Source of the DNA: Alphaproteobacteria bacterium
GTDB taxonomy: Bacteria; Pseudomonadota; Alphaproteobacteria; MPNO01; UBA830
DNA length: 64,000 nucleotides
Direction: 5' to 3'
NCBI GenBank assembly: GCA_965243135.1
Contig: OZ251539.1
Coordinates: 1,312,001-1,376,000, forward strand
Shown here: positions 9,390 through 20,220 of the stretch, one piece after another
Layout of the letters: every line of letters begins with the position of its first letter
How positions within the stretch are numbered: the stretch's first letter is position 1
Program-made: the position numbers and the translations under genes
The notes under the pieces: model-generated
Database searches by the model: none
Seen by the model: the letters and a program-made list of their open reading frames with translations, nothing else
What the model was told of the DNA's origin: nothing

Positions 9390-12300
9390 AGGACAACGGA
9401 TTGCGCTTGCACAACTCCGGCGCATCGCCGACGCAGGTAGTTCCCCCCTCCGGATCATCGGTGTCGACGAAGAACCGGCCCCCGATGCTTCCCTGAACGT
9501 CGATATCACCCTCGATTGCGCGCGTCACAAGCGCATCGAGGGTGGCCTGCCGCTGCACGACCGAGAAGGCGTCACGCTCTCGATCCCTGTGGATTTCCCC
9601 TTCACTCCGCCATCCGTCGACACCGCCCACACCCGATTCCGCGGCTTTGGGCACGTACAATGGGAACAGCGTCTCTGCGTGTACTTGTCCGCCGAGACAC
9701 AGTGGATCCCTTCGCAAGGCATGTTCGGATTCTTGGCGCAGATCGACGAGTGGTTTCGACGCGGAGCCCGCAACGAACTCGACCGCCCCGAAGGCCCGTT
9801 GCATCCGCCGGTTGCCTATACGGCTGCCTCCACGGCGATCTGCGTGAATGCCGATACCCCGGACCGCGACACTTGGCCATGGTTCGGCGCGGCCGTACTG
9901 TCCCGGACCAAGTCCGACCTTCTCCAGGTCGACGCTTGGCGGCCTATACACGAGGTCCCGGACGATCAGCCGTTCGCGCCGGCTGCGCTGCTCGACTTTG
10001 AACTTCCGTTCGAATACCCCCGAACCGTCGATGATTTGCTCTGCTACCTTGAGAGCAGAGGTAACCCCGGCGATAGCTTGTTCAGGGACCTGATGCTGGC
10101 CTCCGACCGTGTCCCTGCGGGCACGCCGTTGTACGTAGGAATCGGCGCTCCCTCGCGCGGCATCGCGGGCGATGTTCATCAACGACGCCAGCACATCGCA
10201 TTCTGGGAAATCGAAGCGGCCGACGTCGCCACGCTGCGCACAGCCTCCCTCGCCCGCCGATTGAGCAATCTCTACAATGATCAAAATACCCCGACGGTGA
10301 TTTATGCATTGATCGACGACGGATTGAAAGCCCACCGCCAATGGCGTCGCAAAGCCTGCGTGCGCTGGTGCCGCGTGATTGAGAATCGGCCTGAGATCGT
10401 TACCCGACGAGACGAAGGTACGCCGATGGACTGGTTTCGCGGCAAACGGGTCGCGCTCTGGGGTTGCGGAGCGATCGGCGGGCTCATCGCGGAGCACCTC
10501 GCACGAACCGGGGTTGGCCAACTCACGCTCTACGATTATGGCCGTGTCACCCCGGGCGTGTTGGTGAGACAAAACTTCTCTGCAATCGACACCAATGAGA
10601 CGAAGGTCGCCGCGCTCGCGAGCCGGGTGCAATCGATCGCACCCGATGTCGCAGTAACGTCCAGATGCGAAGACATCATTTCTCAGACGTTGGCAGGAAC
10701 CGATTGGGACGCGGATGTCGACGTCATCATCGATGCGACCGCGTCCCTGTGGGTCAGAAGCAAGCTCGAGGCCGTACTCAAAGACCACGAACGGCGCATT
10801 CCAATCGCATCGGTAATGATGAGCGCTACAGCGCGACACGCCATGGCTGTCGTTGTCCCGCCCGGATATCAAGCTGGGCCCCTTGACGTCCATCGGCGTC
10901 TCGGTCTGGTCGCCGTGACACGGGACTGGTTGAGCGAATGGGCCAAGGCCTTCTGGATATCGGACGCCATTGAAGGCCTCCGTCAGCCTGAACCTGGATG
11001 CTCCGATCCCACCTTCGTGGCATCTCACGCCGATGTCGCCAGCTTGTCCGCACGAGCACTCAACGCGTTGGCTGAGAGACTTGCCGAGCCCGGCGACGCC
11101 GCCAGCGCCTTCCTTATTGCCCCGTCATCCGGCAACCCCCAACATCATTTTCGGTTTCCCCCGGATATTCGCTGGGTTGCCGGCGGACTCGACTTTCGGG
11201 TGTCGGCCAACGCCTGGCGGGACATGACCGGCTGGATCCGCACCGGCGCCCGTGAACGATCCCCGGAACACGAAACAGGCGGGTTGCTGTTCGGACAATT
11301 CGACGAGACTCTGGGAATCGCATGGGTGACAAACGTCAGTGGTCCGCCGCGGGACAGCAGTTTCTCCGCAGAGCGCTTCGTCTGCGGAACGCACGGTACA
11401 ACGGATCTGTGCGAGGACTACGAAGAGCGGACCCACCGGATCGCGCGTTACGTCGGAACCTGGCACTCCCATCCGATCAGCCCGGCCCGGCCCAGCGCCA
11501 CGGACTACAACGGCATCGCCACCATCTTCGCGAGCGCGCCTGATAACGGCGCTCACCAGCTCATGGTCATCGTCGGACATGCAGCCGAACGGGAGCCGCA
11601 ACTCGGGGCCTACGCGTTCGAGAAGCGAGATTTGACCAAGCGCCGCGCCGGACTTGCAATGGCAGCGCACGGCGGAGTGACGACGCCGCCTCCCTTGGCG
11701 CCGCTTCCTAAAAAGATCGGGTTATCGCTGTCCGGCGGCGGATCGCGCGCCGTCGCATTTCATCTCGGCACGCTTCGGGCTCTCGAAGACCTCAAGTTGC
11801 TTGATGAGATCGATGTGATCTCCGGTGTATCGGGTGGATCGATCATAACCGGCCTAATGGGCTATACCGAGGCTCCTTTCGCTCAAATCGACCGCAACGC
11901 GGTCGAATTCCTCCGACGCGGCCTGGTAAGGCCGGCACTCAGAAAACTCCTGAATCCCGCACGCACTGCACAGCTTCTGTGGAACCTTGCGGTCGTGGCC
12001 GTGCCGACAGCGGCAACCGGGGTTATCGCATGGTCGGCAAGTCGGCTCGCTTCGTTCTTTCCCGTGCTTCGCCATGCCAGCGACATCGTTTCGCGCTGGT
12101 CGTGGCCGCTTCGATGCCATTATTCGCGCACACATGTTCTTGCAGACGCGATCGCCGACGTAGTTGGCGCGCAAAACTGCGACGCGCCCACACGCCAAGG
12201 CAAGTCAATCGTCTTCAACGCGTGCGAACTGCGGACCGGCACCGCGTTTCGTATGAGCAACGAACGCTTCGGCACTTGGAGATATGGCTGGGCGCCCGCG

Positions 12301-12870
12301 AGCGAACTCCGAATCGCCGACGCAGTCGCGGCCTCGGCCGCCTATCCACCACTCCTGCCGCCGTTCGACTGGAGCCGTCCCTTCGAGCGAAACGGAAAGA
12401 CCAAGATGCACCGCGTGATAGTCACCGACGGCGGCGTCTTCGAGAACCTCGGAGTAAGCGTGATGGAACCGGGGCGGGATGTTGCAGTCAGCGTGACCGC
12501 CTACAACCCCGACATCATCATCGCGAGCGACGCGGGAGCCGGGCAATTCACTGGCGAGACCGTACCCATCAGTTGGCCAATACGAATGATCCAGGTCGTC
12601 GCTGCGGTCATGCGCAAGATTCAGGACGCTACCAAACAGCGGCTGCACGACCACGCGAAATCCGGGCGACTTGACGGCTTCATCTACGCGAATCTGGGCC
12701 AGGTCGATCAAAGGGTGCCTTTGAAACCCGCCAACTGGGTGGATCGCGAGGAAGTGATCCATTACCCAACCGACTTCTCCGCAATGTCGGAAGAAAACAT
12801 TCGGAAGCTTTCCGGACGTGGTGAAGCTATCACTCGGGCACTGGTGACGCAGTATCTGCTCAGCGACTGA
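9376..12870 (+). CDS. E2-like / ThiF(E1) / JAB / patatin-like phospholipase fusion protein
   Basis: E2: FPFTPP...HVQWEQRLCVY; E1: WGCGAIGG, D...VRQNF, IIDATAS, EPGCSDPTF; JAB: ETGG...WHSHP...PSATD; patatin: SGGGSRA, GVSGG, DGGVFEN; GTG start overlaps the MBL 3' end. Confidence 0.9.
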   Translation: MALSEGQRIALAQLRRIADAGSSPLRIIGVDEEPAPDASLNVDITLDCARHKRIEGGLPLHDREGVTLSIPVDFPFTPPSVDTAHTRFRGFGHVQWEQRLCVYLSAETQWIPSQGMFGFLAQIDEWFRRGARNELDRPEGPLHPPVAYTAASTAICVNADTPDRDTWPWFGAAVLSRTKSDLLQVDAWRPIHEVPDDQPFAPAALLDFELPFEYPRTVDDLLCYLESRGNPGDSLFRDLMLASDRVPAGTPLYVGIGAPSRGIAGDVHQRRQHIAFWEIEAADVATLRTASLARRLSNLYNDQNTPTVIYALIDDGLKAHRQWRRKACVRWCRVIENRPEIVTRRDEGTPMDWFRGKRVALWGCGAIGGLIAEHLARTGVGQLTLYDYGRVTPGVLVRQNFSAIDTNETKVAALASRVQSIAPDVAVTSRCEDIISQTLAGTDWDADVDVIIDATASLWVRSKLEAVLKDHERRIPIASVMMSATARHAMAVVVPPGYQAGPLDVHRRLGLVAVTRDWLSEWAKAFWISDAIEGLRQPEPGCSDPTFVASHADVASLSARALNALAERLAEPGDAASAFLIAPSSGNPQHHFRFPPDIRWVAGGLDFRVSANAWRDMTGWIRTGARERSPEHETGGLLFGQFDETLGIAWVTNVSGPPRDSSFSAERFVCGTHGTTDLCEDYEERTHRIARYVGTWHSHPISPARPSATDYNGIATIFASAPDNGAHQLMVIVGHAAEREPQLGAYAFEKRDLTKRRAGLAMAAHGGVTTPPPLAPLPKKIGLSLSGGGSRAVAFHLGTLRALEDLKLLDEIDVISGVSGGSIITGLMGYTEAPFAQIDRNAVEFLRRGLVRPALRKLLNPARTAQLLWNLAVVAVPTAATGVIAWSASRLASFFPVLRHASDIVSRWSWPLRCHYSRTHVLADAIADVVGAQNCDAPTRQGKSIVFNACELRTGTAFRMSNERFGTWRYGWAPASELRIADAVAASAAYPPLLPPFDWSRPFERNGKTKMHRVIVTDGGVFENLGVSVMEPGRDVAVSVTAYNPDIIIASDAGAGQFTGETVPISWPIRMIQVVAAVMRKIQDATKQRLHDHAKSGRLDGFIYANLGQVDQRVPLKPANWVDREEVIHYPTDFSAMSEENIRKLSGRGEAITRALVTQYLLSD

Positions 12871-13739
12871 TCGTTCCGCCGCTTCCGGAAGGGTATCAGA
12901 ACCAAGCCTCTCGGAAAATGCTGAGGAGATGTCGCTCAATTTCGCAAACCTTGCGGATTTCCCAGCGCGATAAGTACTTGGCTGCCAAATGCGCGCCCGG
13001 TAAGACAACCTTCGGCGATCAGGCCTTCGCCAATCGTCCTGACAACGGTACCGATGGCGTTTGAGTTATCTTCTTGAGGGTGCAAGTCTGATCGCCAAAC
13101 CGGAAACAGCTATAGATTTTCACCGGTCACGAAGTACGGGCTGCGACCGTCGGGCGTTCGGGGTCAGCGTTCGTCAAGGAAGGCGCCGAACGAGAGGGGG
13201 CGTTCGTCGATTTCGAGGTCGGGCAAGCGGATCGTCGCGCTGTGCCGGGCGGTGCCCGGGATGAGAGGGGCGGCTCGCGGGGGCACCAAGGTCGGACTGC
13301 GCGGACGCAGAAGACCCGCGCTGTCGGTCCGGTGCTTTCGGACGCGCAAGGGGTCGTTTTCGCAGGTCGACAACGACTCGGGCTGACGGCGGCCGATTGC
13401 CGCGCTCTCCTGTCCACTGCACGCCGCCGGCCAAACTCTTCGGAGAGTTGGGGGCTGTCGTCGAGCCACGCGTCCGTTGGAGACGACGGGCGGTCTCCAG
13501 AAGGAAAAGGGAAGGGGCCCGCGAGACGGAAACGGTGCGAAGCCGTTTTCTGCGCCGTCTCGCTCGACGGGTTTGCCCCGACGGGTTCGCCCCGACGGGG
13601 ACGAAGAGGCGCATGGGCGCGAAGCGTCCTGCGGGGCGGTCAGTTTCCAGGACGCGGAGGGCGTGAAAACGCTCGGTTTCGGGCCGGAAGCCGGTAAGGC
13701 GACAGCGCGACTCGCCGAAGAGGTCGCCCGCCAGGGCGC

Positions 13740-14190
13740 GGCTCGAGCTGGTCGCCGACGCCGCGCCTGACAACTGGACGTTTCTCGACAAGCTCCGGTC
13801 CGACGAACGGGCGGTCGATTTTTTCTTGCGCATCTCGGCGAGGCCCCCGCCCGTCGCGAGCGCTGCCACGAAAAGTACCGTGCCGTCCTGCGCGACGACG
13901 TCGACGGCAAGGTCGGCGCTCTCCGCGACAAGGCGACGACGGAAACGGCGCTCAAGGTTTTCGAGCGCGAGCTTTTCCGCAAGCGCAGGCGCGCGCTACG
14001 CGAGCCTCAAGCAAGGCCAGCGGCTGCACGGTCGGGCGTCGTCCGCCAACAAGGTGCTGGTCGACCAGCGCATGAAGCGGGCGCGCTGGAGCGTCGAACG
14101 GAGTCGAAACGTCCTCGCCCTCGGAGCATTGGTCGGACCGTCTGGCATGGCGACTAGAGCTGCGAACCAGGCGTTGAACGTCGCCTGACG
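13740..14190 (+). pseudogene. ISKra4-like transposase remnant
   Basis: DNWTFLD, ANKVLVDQRMKRARWS; homologous to 63269-64000. Confidence 0.65.
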
Positions 14191-14383
14191 GCGGAAATCC
14201 CGATCCCGTAAATAAACCAGAGATTTTTGGCAAAAAAGATCCGCACCCGTCGGCAGGCGTGGGAAACAATGATCAAAATTTATGCCGCAAATCAGGGACG
14301 ACCGGCTTTGCAGCTTGACAATGGAACGCTTGGTGCAGTATTGGCCATACGAGGCCCGCAATTGTCACGAGGGAAGATTCGGT

Positions 14384-16495
14384 ATGAAAGCCGTTCGGTT
14401 TCGTGTTCAGAATTTCCGCAATATCGATGATAGCGGCTGGATACCCTTGGAACGGGTAACCGCTTTCGTTGGCCGAAACGAGTCTGGAAAGACCTCGTTG
14501 CTCAAGGCGCTTCACAAGTTCAATTCAGCTACACCGGAGCCCTATGATGAGCCCTATGATGCGCAACGAGAATTTCCTCGGGATCGGTATGTGCGCGACT
14601 ATGTCGCCAAAGGCTCGAAAGGCGAAGACTGGCCCGTCTGCTCGGTCGAGTTCGAACTTCCAGAACACCTTCGGGCGGAAATCGGTCAGATCCTCGAACA
14701 GAGTGGAGAACCACCGACCAAGACCACCCTGACACGCCATTACGATGACTCGCTCGCGTTCGAGTATACGCCGCCGCTGGACGAGCGACCGCTTGCGCCC
14801 GATCCAGTGATTGCCGCGCTCGATAAGTTTGCTTCGAGCGCCCGTCGGCTTGAGGTGCCGGCCGAGGGCCGGAAAGAATTTACGGCAAAACTGCGCAAGG
14901 AATTGACCGAATGGGCGACGGTTTGGAAAGACAAGCTGAAGAATGTCGTCGATCTATGCGGCGATGAGGGAAAAGCGCTCTTGACCGAGCTTCGAGAAGA
15001 GAATGAAGACAATATCATCCCGCAGATTGCCGACATCGTAGAAGCGCTTCAAGCCGCTATCGAACCGGTCTTGGGCGCTGCAGAAAAAGGTTCAATTACT
15101 AATCGGATTGACGAGTTGATCGAGGACAATCTTCCCGTTTTTATTTATTTCGAGAACTACGGTATTATCAGAAACGCTATCTGGCTACCCCGTCTTGTTG
15201 CTGATTTAGGACGAAGCGAGATTAGTCCTCGTGTGCGCTCGATCAGTGCTATGTTCCGCCATGTCGGTCTTGATCCGGAGCAGATTAGAGACCTTGGCTA
15301 CGAACGGGTGGGGCAACAACGAGACCGTGGGCAGATGTCGGCAGATGTTTCCGCCGATCTGAAACGTAAGGCAGAGCGTGCGATTCTTCTGAACGCGGCT
15401 TCGCTCGACATTAGCCAAAAATTTTCGGCGTGGTGGTCGCAACGCCGTCACAAGATTCGTTATCAAGCCGATGGCGATTATTTCCGTATCTGGGTCGCCG
15501 ATGACCGCCGTCAGGACGTGGAAATTGAACTCGAATCTCGTAGCAGAGGATTTCAGTGGTTCTTCTCATTCTACCTCGTATTCTTGGTTGAGTCCGAGCA
15601 CTTCCACAAGAATGCTATTTTATTGCTTGACGAGCCGGGTCTGCATCTTCACCCGACCGCGCAGCAAGAGTTGATCCAATTTTTCAAGAAACTTTCGGAA
15701 ACCAATCAACTAGCTTATACGACTCACTCGCCCTTCCTGATTGACGGAGAGCATTTGCATCGCGTGAGGCCGGTCACGGAAGACGACAGTGGCCGGTGCC
15801 GGATAACGGCGGAGACGTGGTCGAAGGACCGTGAGACGATTTTCCCGCTTCAAGCTGCCGCAGGATACGCGATGGTTCGTGGTCTCTTCCAGCATCGAAA
15901 AAATGTTCTGGTCGAAGGAATAACCGACTTTTATTACCTGCATGCGCTGTCCCAGCAATGCGCGAGATCCGGTCGAATCGCGCTGCCGGACGATATCTAC
16001 ATAACGCCGTGCGGCGGCACGAAGCTTGTCGGATACCTTGCTTCGCTGTTTCTCGGCCAAGAGGTTCGACCATTGATTCTTCTTGATGGCGACCAAGCTG
16101 GCCAAGTCCGTAGGGACGCGCTGATGAGTGAGCTATACGCCGGGCACGATTCCGAAATCCTGATGCTTGATTCCGTGCTGAATCGTGCGGAACAGGAGGT
16201 CGAAATCGAAGACATCCTCGGCGAGAAAATTGTTCTTGAGGCATTTGATGCCGTCATTGGCGGGGCTCCCGCTATGAATGGAGAAAACTTGCCGGCTGGA
16301 AGCGTTCCGAGCCGGATAAAGGCAGCTGCAAAGGATCAGGAGATCGACCTTCCAGGCGGCTGGAAAGCGTCCGTTGCCTTGCACCTCGTGTCGGATTGGG
16401 CTGAAAAGGGGACGATTCTTCCGGACCACGTTCTCGATACTGCGGTCCTATTGTTCACTGCGATCAACGACAGATTTGAAGGGGTGAAAGTCTGA
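14384..16495 (+). CDS. OLD-family ATP-dependent nuclease (ABC ATPase + TOPRIM)
   Basis: VQNFRNI, GRNESGKT Walker A, SRGFQWF signature, LLLDEP, TTHSP, TOPRIM VEGITD and DGD. Confidence 0.85.
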   Translation: MKAVRFRVQNFRNIDDSGWIPLERVTAFVGRNESGKTSLLKALHKFNSATPEPYDEPYDAQREFPRDRYVRDYVAKGSKGEDWPVCSVEFELPEHLRAEIGQILEQSGEPPTKTTLTRHYDDSLAFEYTPPLDERPLAPDPVIAALDKFASSARRLEVPAEGRKEFTAKLRKELTEWATVWKDKLKNVVDLCGDEGKALLTELREENEDNIIPQIADIVEALQAAIEPVLGAAEKGSITNRIDELIEDNLPVFIYFENYGIIRNAIWLPRLVADLGRSEISPRVRSISAMFRHVGLDPEQIRDLGYERVGQQRDRGQMSADVSADLKRKAERAILLNAASLDISQKFSAWWSQRRHKIRYQADGDYFRIWVADDRRQDVEIELESRSRGFQWFFSFYLVFLVESEHFHKNAILLLDEPGLHLHPTAQQELIQFFKKLSETNQLAYTTHSPFLIDGEHLHRVRPVTEDDSGRCRITAETWSKDRETIFPLQAAAGYAMVRGLFQHRKNVLVEGITDFYYLHALSQQCARSGRIALPDDIYITPCGGTKLVGYLASLFLGQEVRPLILLDGDQAGQVRRDALMSELYAGHDSEILMLDSVLNRAEQEVEIEDILGEKIVLEAFDAVIGGAPAMNGENLPAGSVPSRIKAAAKDQEIDLPGGWKASVALHLVSDWAEKGTILPDHVLDTAVLLFTAINDRFEGVKV

Positions 16496-16498
16496 CAT

Positions 16499-17450
16499 GT
16501 GAGCATTCGCTATACAGGGAACGAAAAAATTTGTCTGGGGATTGGTCACGGGATTTTGACCATCCGTCCTCATGGAGTTGGCGATACCGGATTCTTTCTT
16601 CGAAACGACCGACGGGCAGGGGCTTTGCCGCTGGCAACGACCCTCCGGCGGCGGAACGAGGCGTTGCAGCAGCAGGACGACGCGCGTCACGAAGCGGAAG
16701 AGCGTTGCGCTGGAAGGAAGTAAGCGCACGGCAGCAGGCGGCGTTCTGGAAGATGCAGCGCGTCGGGCGTGAGACCATGCTGAAGCAGCGCGCAAGAAAC
16801 TGGAGCGCCCGGTGTCTCGCGAACTCGAACGGGAGGTGAGCGGCCTCCGGCAGGGCGAAATTGCAAGTCGCTTGCGCTGTACGTCAAAAAATGGCTCAAA
16901 GGTGCGGCCCGATTCGGGCACGGAAAATCGCGAATTTTCCGCGCCGAGAACGCCGTTTTTGCAGCTTCTACCCCAAGCCGCTCCGCGACCGCAAACGATC
17001 GCCCGCGTTCGGACATCGCTTCGGGTTCGCCGCGCCGCATCAGGCCTGTCTGCAAACCGGAAATATGCTTTTGTTCCGTGTTCGCCAGCCTGCCTTGGGG
17101 CCTGCCGACGGCTGGCCGGGGCGGTCCGCGGGAGCGCCGAACGGACGGCAGCCGACAATAATCGCGCGGCGCAAGCGCCTCGGTTGAGGGCGCGGCATGA
17201 CGAGCGCGGCGATGCTCGTCTGAAGGCACGCAACCGCAAGCTCGTCCAGGACGGGTACGGCAACGAACGTTCATGCCCGCGACGCCCGGGCAGCGGCCCG
17301 ACAACGCGAGAGCCTCGTCGTCGGGGCCGAAAGCCGGGGTCGCCGTCGAACGGGCGTGCGCTGCGCAACGCCGGTGGAGCTTCTTGAGCCGGAGGAGCGT
17401 CGCTGTTCGAACTGCGGCAAGCCGCTCCGGCGAGACCGGGCGTGGCCCGA
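16499..17450 (+). mobile_element. IS66-like remnant (left end plus degraded transposase 5' part)
   Basis: GTGAGCATTCG end; copy of 7647-8130; downstream RGRKPGS..G and EERRCSNCG zinc-finger fragments. Confidence 0.65.
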
Positions 17451-17803
17451 CCCCGGGAAGAGGGAATTTATCGCTGCGGCAGGGGTGCTCGCCGGCCGGT
17501 CCGGCACTGCCATCGCGACGGAGACCGCCTGTGTCGCGCTTCGGAAGGGAGAAATCTTCCGCTGGAGTTATCCAGGGATTTTGCGTCGAGGCTCCTCGAC
17601 AAACATCGGCGCAATGCCGCGTTCAGCCACTGTCTTCCCGCTCGCTATCTCGGCAGTGGCGTTGCTTCTCTGGAGAATGACGCTTTGCCGTTTCCGAAAA
17701 ATATGCGATTCCCTTAATGCATTGCTCTCGACAGCTTCTTGATCTGGACAACGACTGCGGCCGGCGCGAACGGGTGGGCCGTCTTTAAGGAAGGAAGTGC
17801 GGT

Positions 17804-18020
17804 ATGAACAGGCACTTGACGGCGATCGTTGAACGCGAAGGGGACGGTTACGTGGCCCTGTGCCCGGAAGTTGACGTCGCCAGCCAGGGAAGCGCCGTAG
17901 CCGAAGCGCGCGATAATCTCGAAGAGGCGTTGACTCTGTTCTTCGAGGCGGCTCCGGCGGAGGAAGTCGAAAAGCGCTTGCGTAGTGCAGGTAACTCGCG
18001 TCGAGGTCGCCGTTGATTAG
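17804..18020 (+). pseudogene. hicB: HicB-family antitoxin (3' frameshift)
   Basis: LTAIVEREGDGYVALCPEVDVASQG..EARDNLEEALTLF; C-terminal VTRVEVAV shifted into another frame. Confidence 0.8.
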
Positions 18021-18234
18021 GCTGCGCGTTCTTTCTGGTCGTGAAGCCTGCGGAGTCCTGGCGTCTCATGGTTTCGCCGAGGTGAGGAGACGCGGCAGTC
18101 ATGCGCAGGGAGAGTGGCGCAAGTACCGCTCCGGTGCCGGAGGGGGTTGGGTGCTGGCGCGCTGCTGTCGATCGTTCGCCAGTCGGGTCTGCCCGGGTGA
18201 AGGTTGCGGAGCGGACTGTCGAGGGTTTCCTTGA
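18013..18234 (+). pseudogene. hicA: HicA-family toxin, degraded
   Basis: LRVLSGRE..L..HGFAEVRRRGSH, after which the frame degenerates. Confidence 0.7.
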
Positions 18235-18789
18235 AGTATCGAGCGGCCGCGACGGAGCTTGCCGTCGAAACCGGCTCCGAACCGGGCGACCTGCGTCATC
18301 CGGTCGCGACCAGGCGGAAGCCGTACCGGCGCGAGATCCGTGCCGCGGCGCGGCGGCCGTCGGCATCTCCGAAATCGCCGCCGCAGCCGGCGGCGGGGCG
18401 CTCAACGACGAGTCCGCCGACGAGACCGTGCGCTGGTATCTTCCGAAGCCATGCTCTGGTGCGAGGGTGTCGCCGAACCCGCCAACCTCCGCCTCCTCCG
18501 TGCGCAGGGCTGGAGCCCGCCGTTGGCGACCGGCTCCTCGACGACGTCGCCCGCCCCGCTGTCGGCACGATGGCTGTCCGCCGGGACGGAACCGGACTCG
18601 CGGTCGAACGCGTCGAGGTCTTCCCCGCGCCAAGTTCCGTCTCCGCAAGCCCCGCCTACGAGACTGCTTCGCCGACGAAGCGCGCATAGCAGGAACTGTC
18701 CTCTTGACCGTGGGTGTGAACCCGTGGCTGTCCGGTTCCGTGTTCTCTGCTTTGCGCCTGCCCCGCGCTTCCAGGCGCGTCCGACAAAC

Positions 18790-19000
18790 ATCCTGCTCAC
18801 CCCGTGTAACTTTGGGGGTGGTTCTCCCGGCGTCGCGCCGCTCGCCGAAATAACCGTTCCGCGTTCGGGCGTCGCGGCGCGAAGACAGGGCTATACGGGG
18901 CAGCCCTCGGCGTCACGCTCCTCTCGAACGGCCAGCGCCGCCGCGAAAAAACTTCGCGGAACGGCTTTTTTTGTGGCCTGCAGGTTAGTTGCACAGCAAA
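18790..19000 (-). repeat. Dispersed ~240-bp repeat, copy A (inverted)
   Basis: Reverse complement contains CGCCCGAACGCGGAACGGTTAT and AAAGTTACA..CGGGGTGAGCAGG. Confidence 0.85.
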
Positions 19001-19237
19001 TGGACGGAGAATGTCTTCAACGGCGTAAGCGGGAAATCGTTTCCGGCGTCGGTCCTGCGCCGGGTCCGAAGCAAGCTGGACCGTCACGCGGCCCGCGTCG
19101 AGGATCTTCGCGAGCCGCCGGCCAAACCGCCCGTTGACTTGAGACCGCGTCGGACAGCGCGGCATTCGCGGTTCGCGCGGTTACGCTTCGTCTGGCGGGA
19201 CGCTTGGGACATGGAGTTGAACGACCGCTACGAATGA
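18995..19237 (+). pseudogene. higB: HigB (RelE-like) toxin remnant
   Basis: RKL..AARVEDLREPP, HS.R, FVWRDAWDMELNDRY; immediately upstream of higA. Confidence 0.65.
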
Positions 19238-19267
19238 CCGGCGGTCCGAACGACGAGGAGTGAAGAG

Positions 19268-19519
19268 ATGTCGCGCATACCCACCCATCGCGTCGCCGAA
19301 CATCCCGGCGCTTTGCTGCGCGAACAGGTTGAGGAGATGGGATTGACCGTCGCCCGCGTCGCCGAAGGCACCGGCTTGGCGGCGGCCTGCCTGCGCGAGA
19401 TCGTTCGCGAACGGCGCGGGGTGAACGCGGAAACCGCCATCGCGCTCGGCGCGTATTTCGGGCAGAGCCCGGAATTCTGGATGAATGCCCAGAAGACGCA
19501 TGAACTCTCGAAGAAGTGA
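19268..19519 (+). CDS. higA: HigA-family HTH antitoxin
   Basis: HPGALLREQ...RRGVNAETAIALGAYFGQSPEFWMNAQ. Confidence 0.85.
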   Translation: MSRIPTHRVAEHPGALLREQVEEMGLTVARVAEGTGLAAACLREIVRERRGVNAETAIALGAYFGQSPEFWMNAQKTHELSKK

Positions 19520-19619
19520 TCGAGAACGGAGCATCCGCTCGCGAGTGCGTATCCATGCCGGGGAGCGGTCGGCGCGGGATCGACCGCATGCTGCAGCCTT
19601 GCGACGGGGGCGCGGAGCA

Positions 19620-20220
19620 TGTCATGACGGGCGCGGGCCTCGGGGAGAAGGCCAAGCGCGCGCGTCATCCTCGACCCGCGGTGAAAACTGCGACGAGTCC
19701 GGGAAAGGGCTCCGGTTCGAGCGGCTGCGGAGCGCGCTTCGGAAGCCCGAGTTCGACTGGCGCTGGCCTGGCTGCCCGAGCTCGAGGCGTTGACCGGACG
19801 GCCGCGACATCGGTATTGACCTCGTGACGCGGCGGGATTGAGTGGATCGCCATCCGGTGCAAGTGCTGCGAGGACCTGCCTTGGCAAAGGCGAGACCGAC
19901 AAGTTCCTCGGAGGCTCTCGACAACCGGTCTTCCGCCTGCGGCGTGGCGGCTTGCCGGTGGTGGCCGAAGCGGGCGATCCGGAACGTCCATCCCAGGTGG
20001 ATCGACTTCCGCGAGCGCCTGAACATCCAGGTCGAAGAGCGCGCCGCGAAGCGCCATGGCCCCTTCAGGCGGAAGTGGGACGCGGCCACTGGACTTGCCA
20101 ACCACGACCGGGGCCGCCTCGTCATGGCGTGCGGCGCGGGCAAGACCTTCACGGCCTTTGGCGTCGCTGAGCAGTTCGTCGAAGACGGGCATCGAATCCT
20201 CTTCGAGCCGCATGCGCTGT
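19620..20220 (+). pseudogene. Mrr-like nuclease/helicase (type ISP RM-like) N-terminal remnant
   Basis: Fragments GRDIGIDLV, WIAIRCKC and DRGRLVMACGAGKTFT (helicase Walker A) in different frames. Confidence 0.65.

Noticed and set aside
8244-12870. Canonical type II CBASS
   Set aside because: No CD-NTase motif in or near the operon; the first gene is an MBL-fold protein
14537-14560. 12-bp duplication (EPYD-EPYD) in the OLD gene
   Set aside because: In frame and probably neutral slippage
14384-16495. Gabija or PARIS
   Set aside because: No UvrD-like gajB or separate ariB gene adjacent
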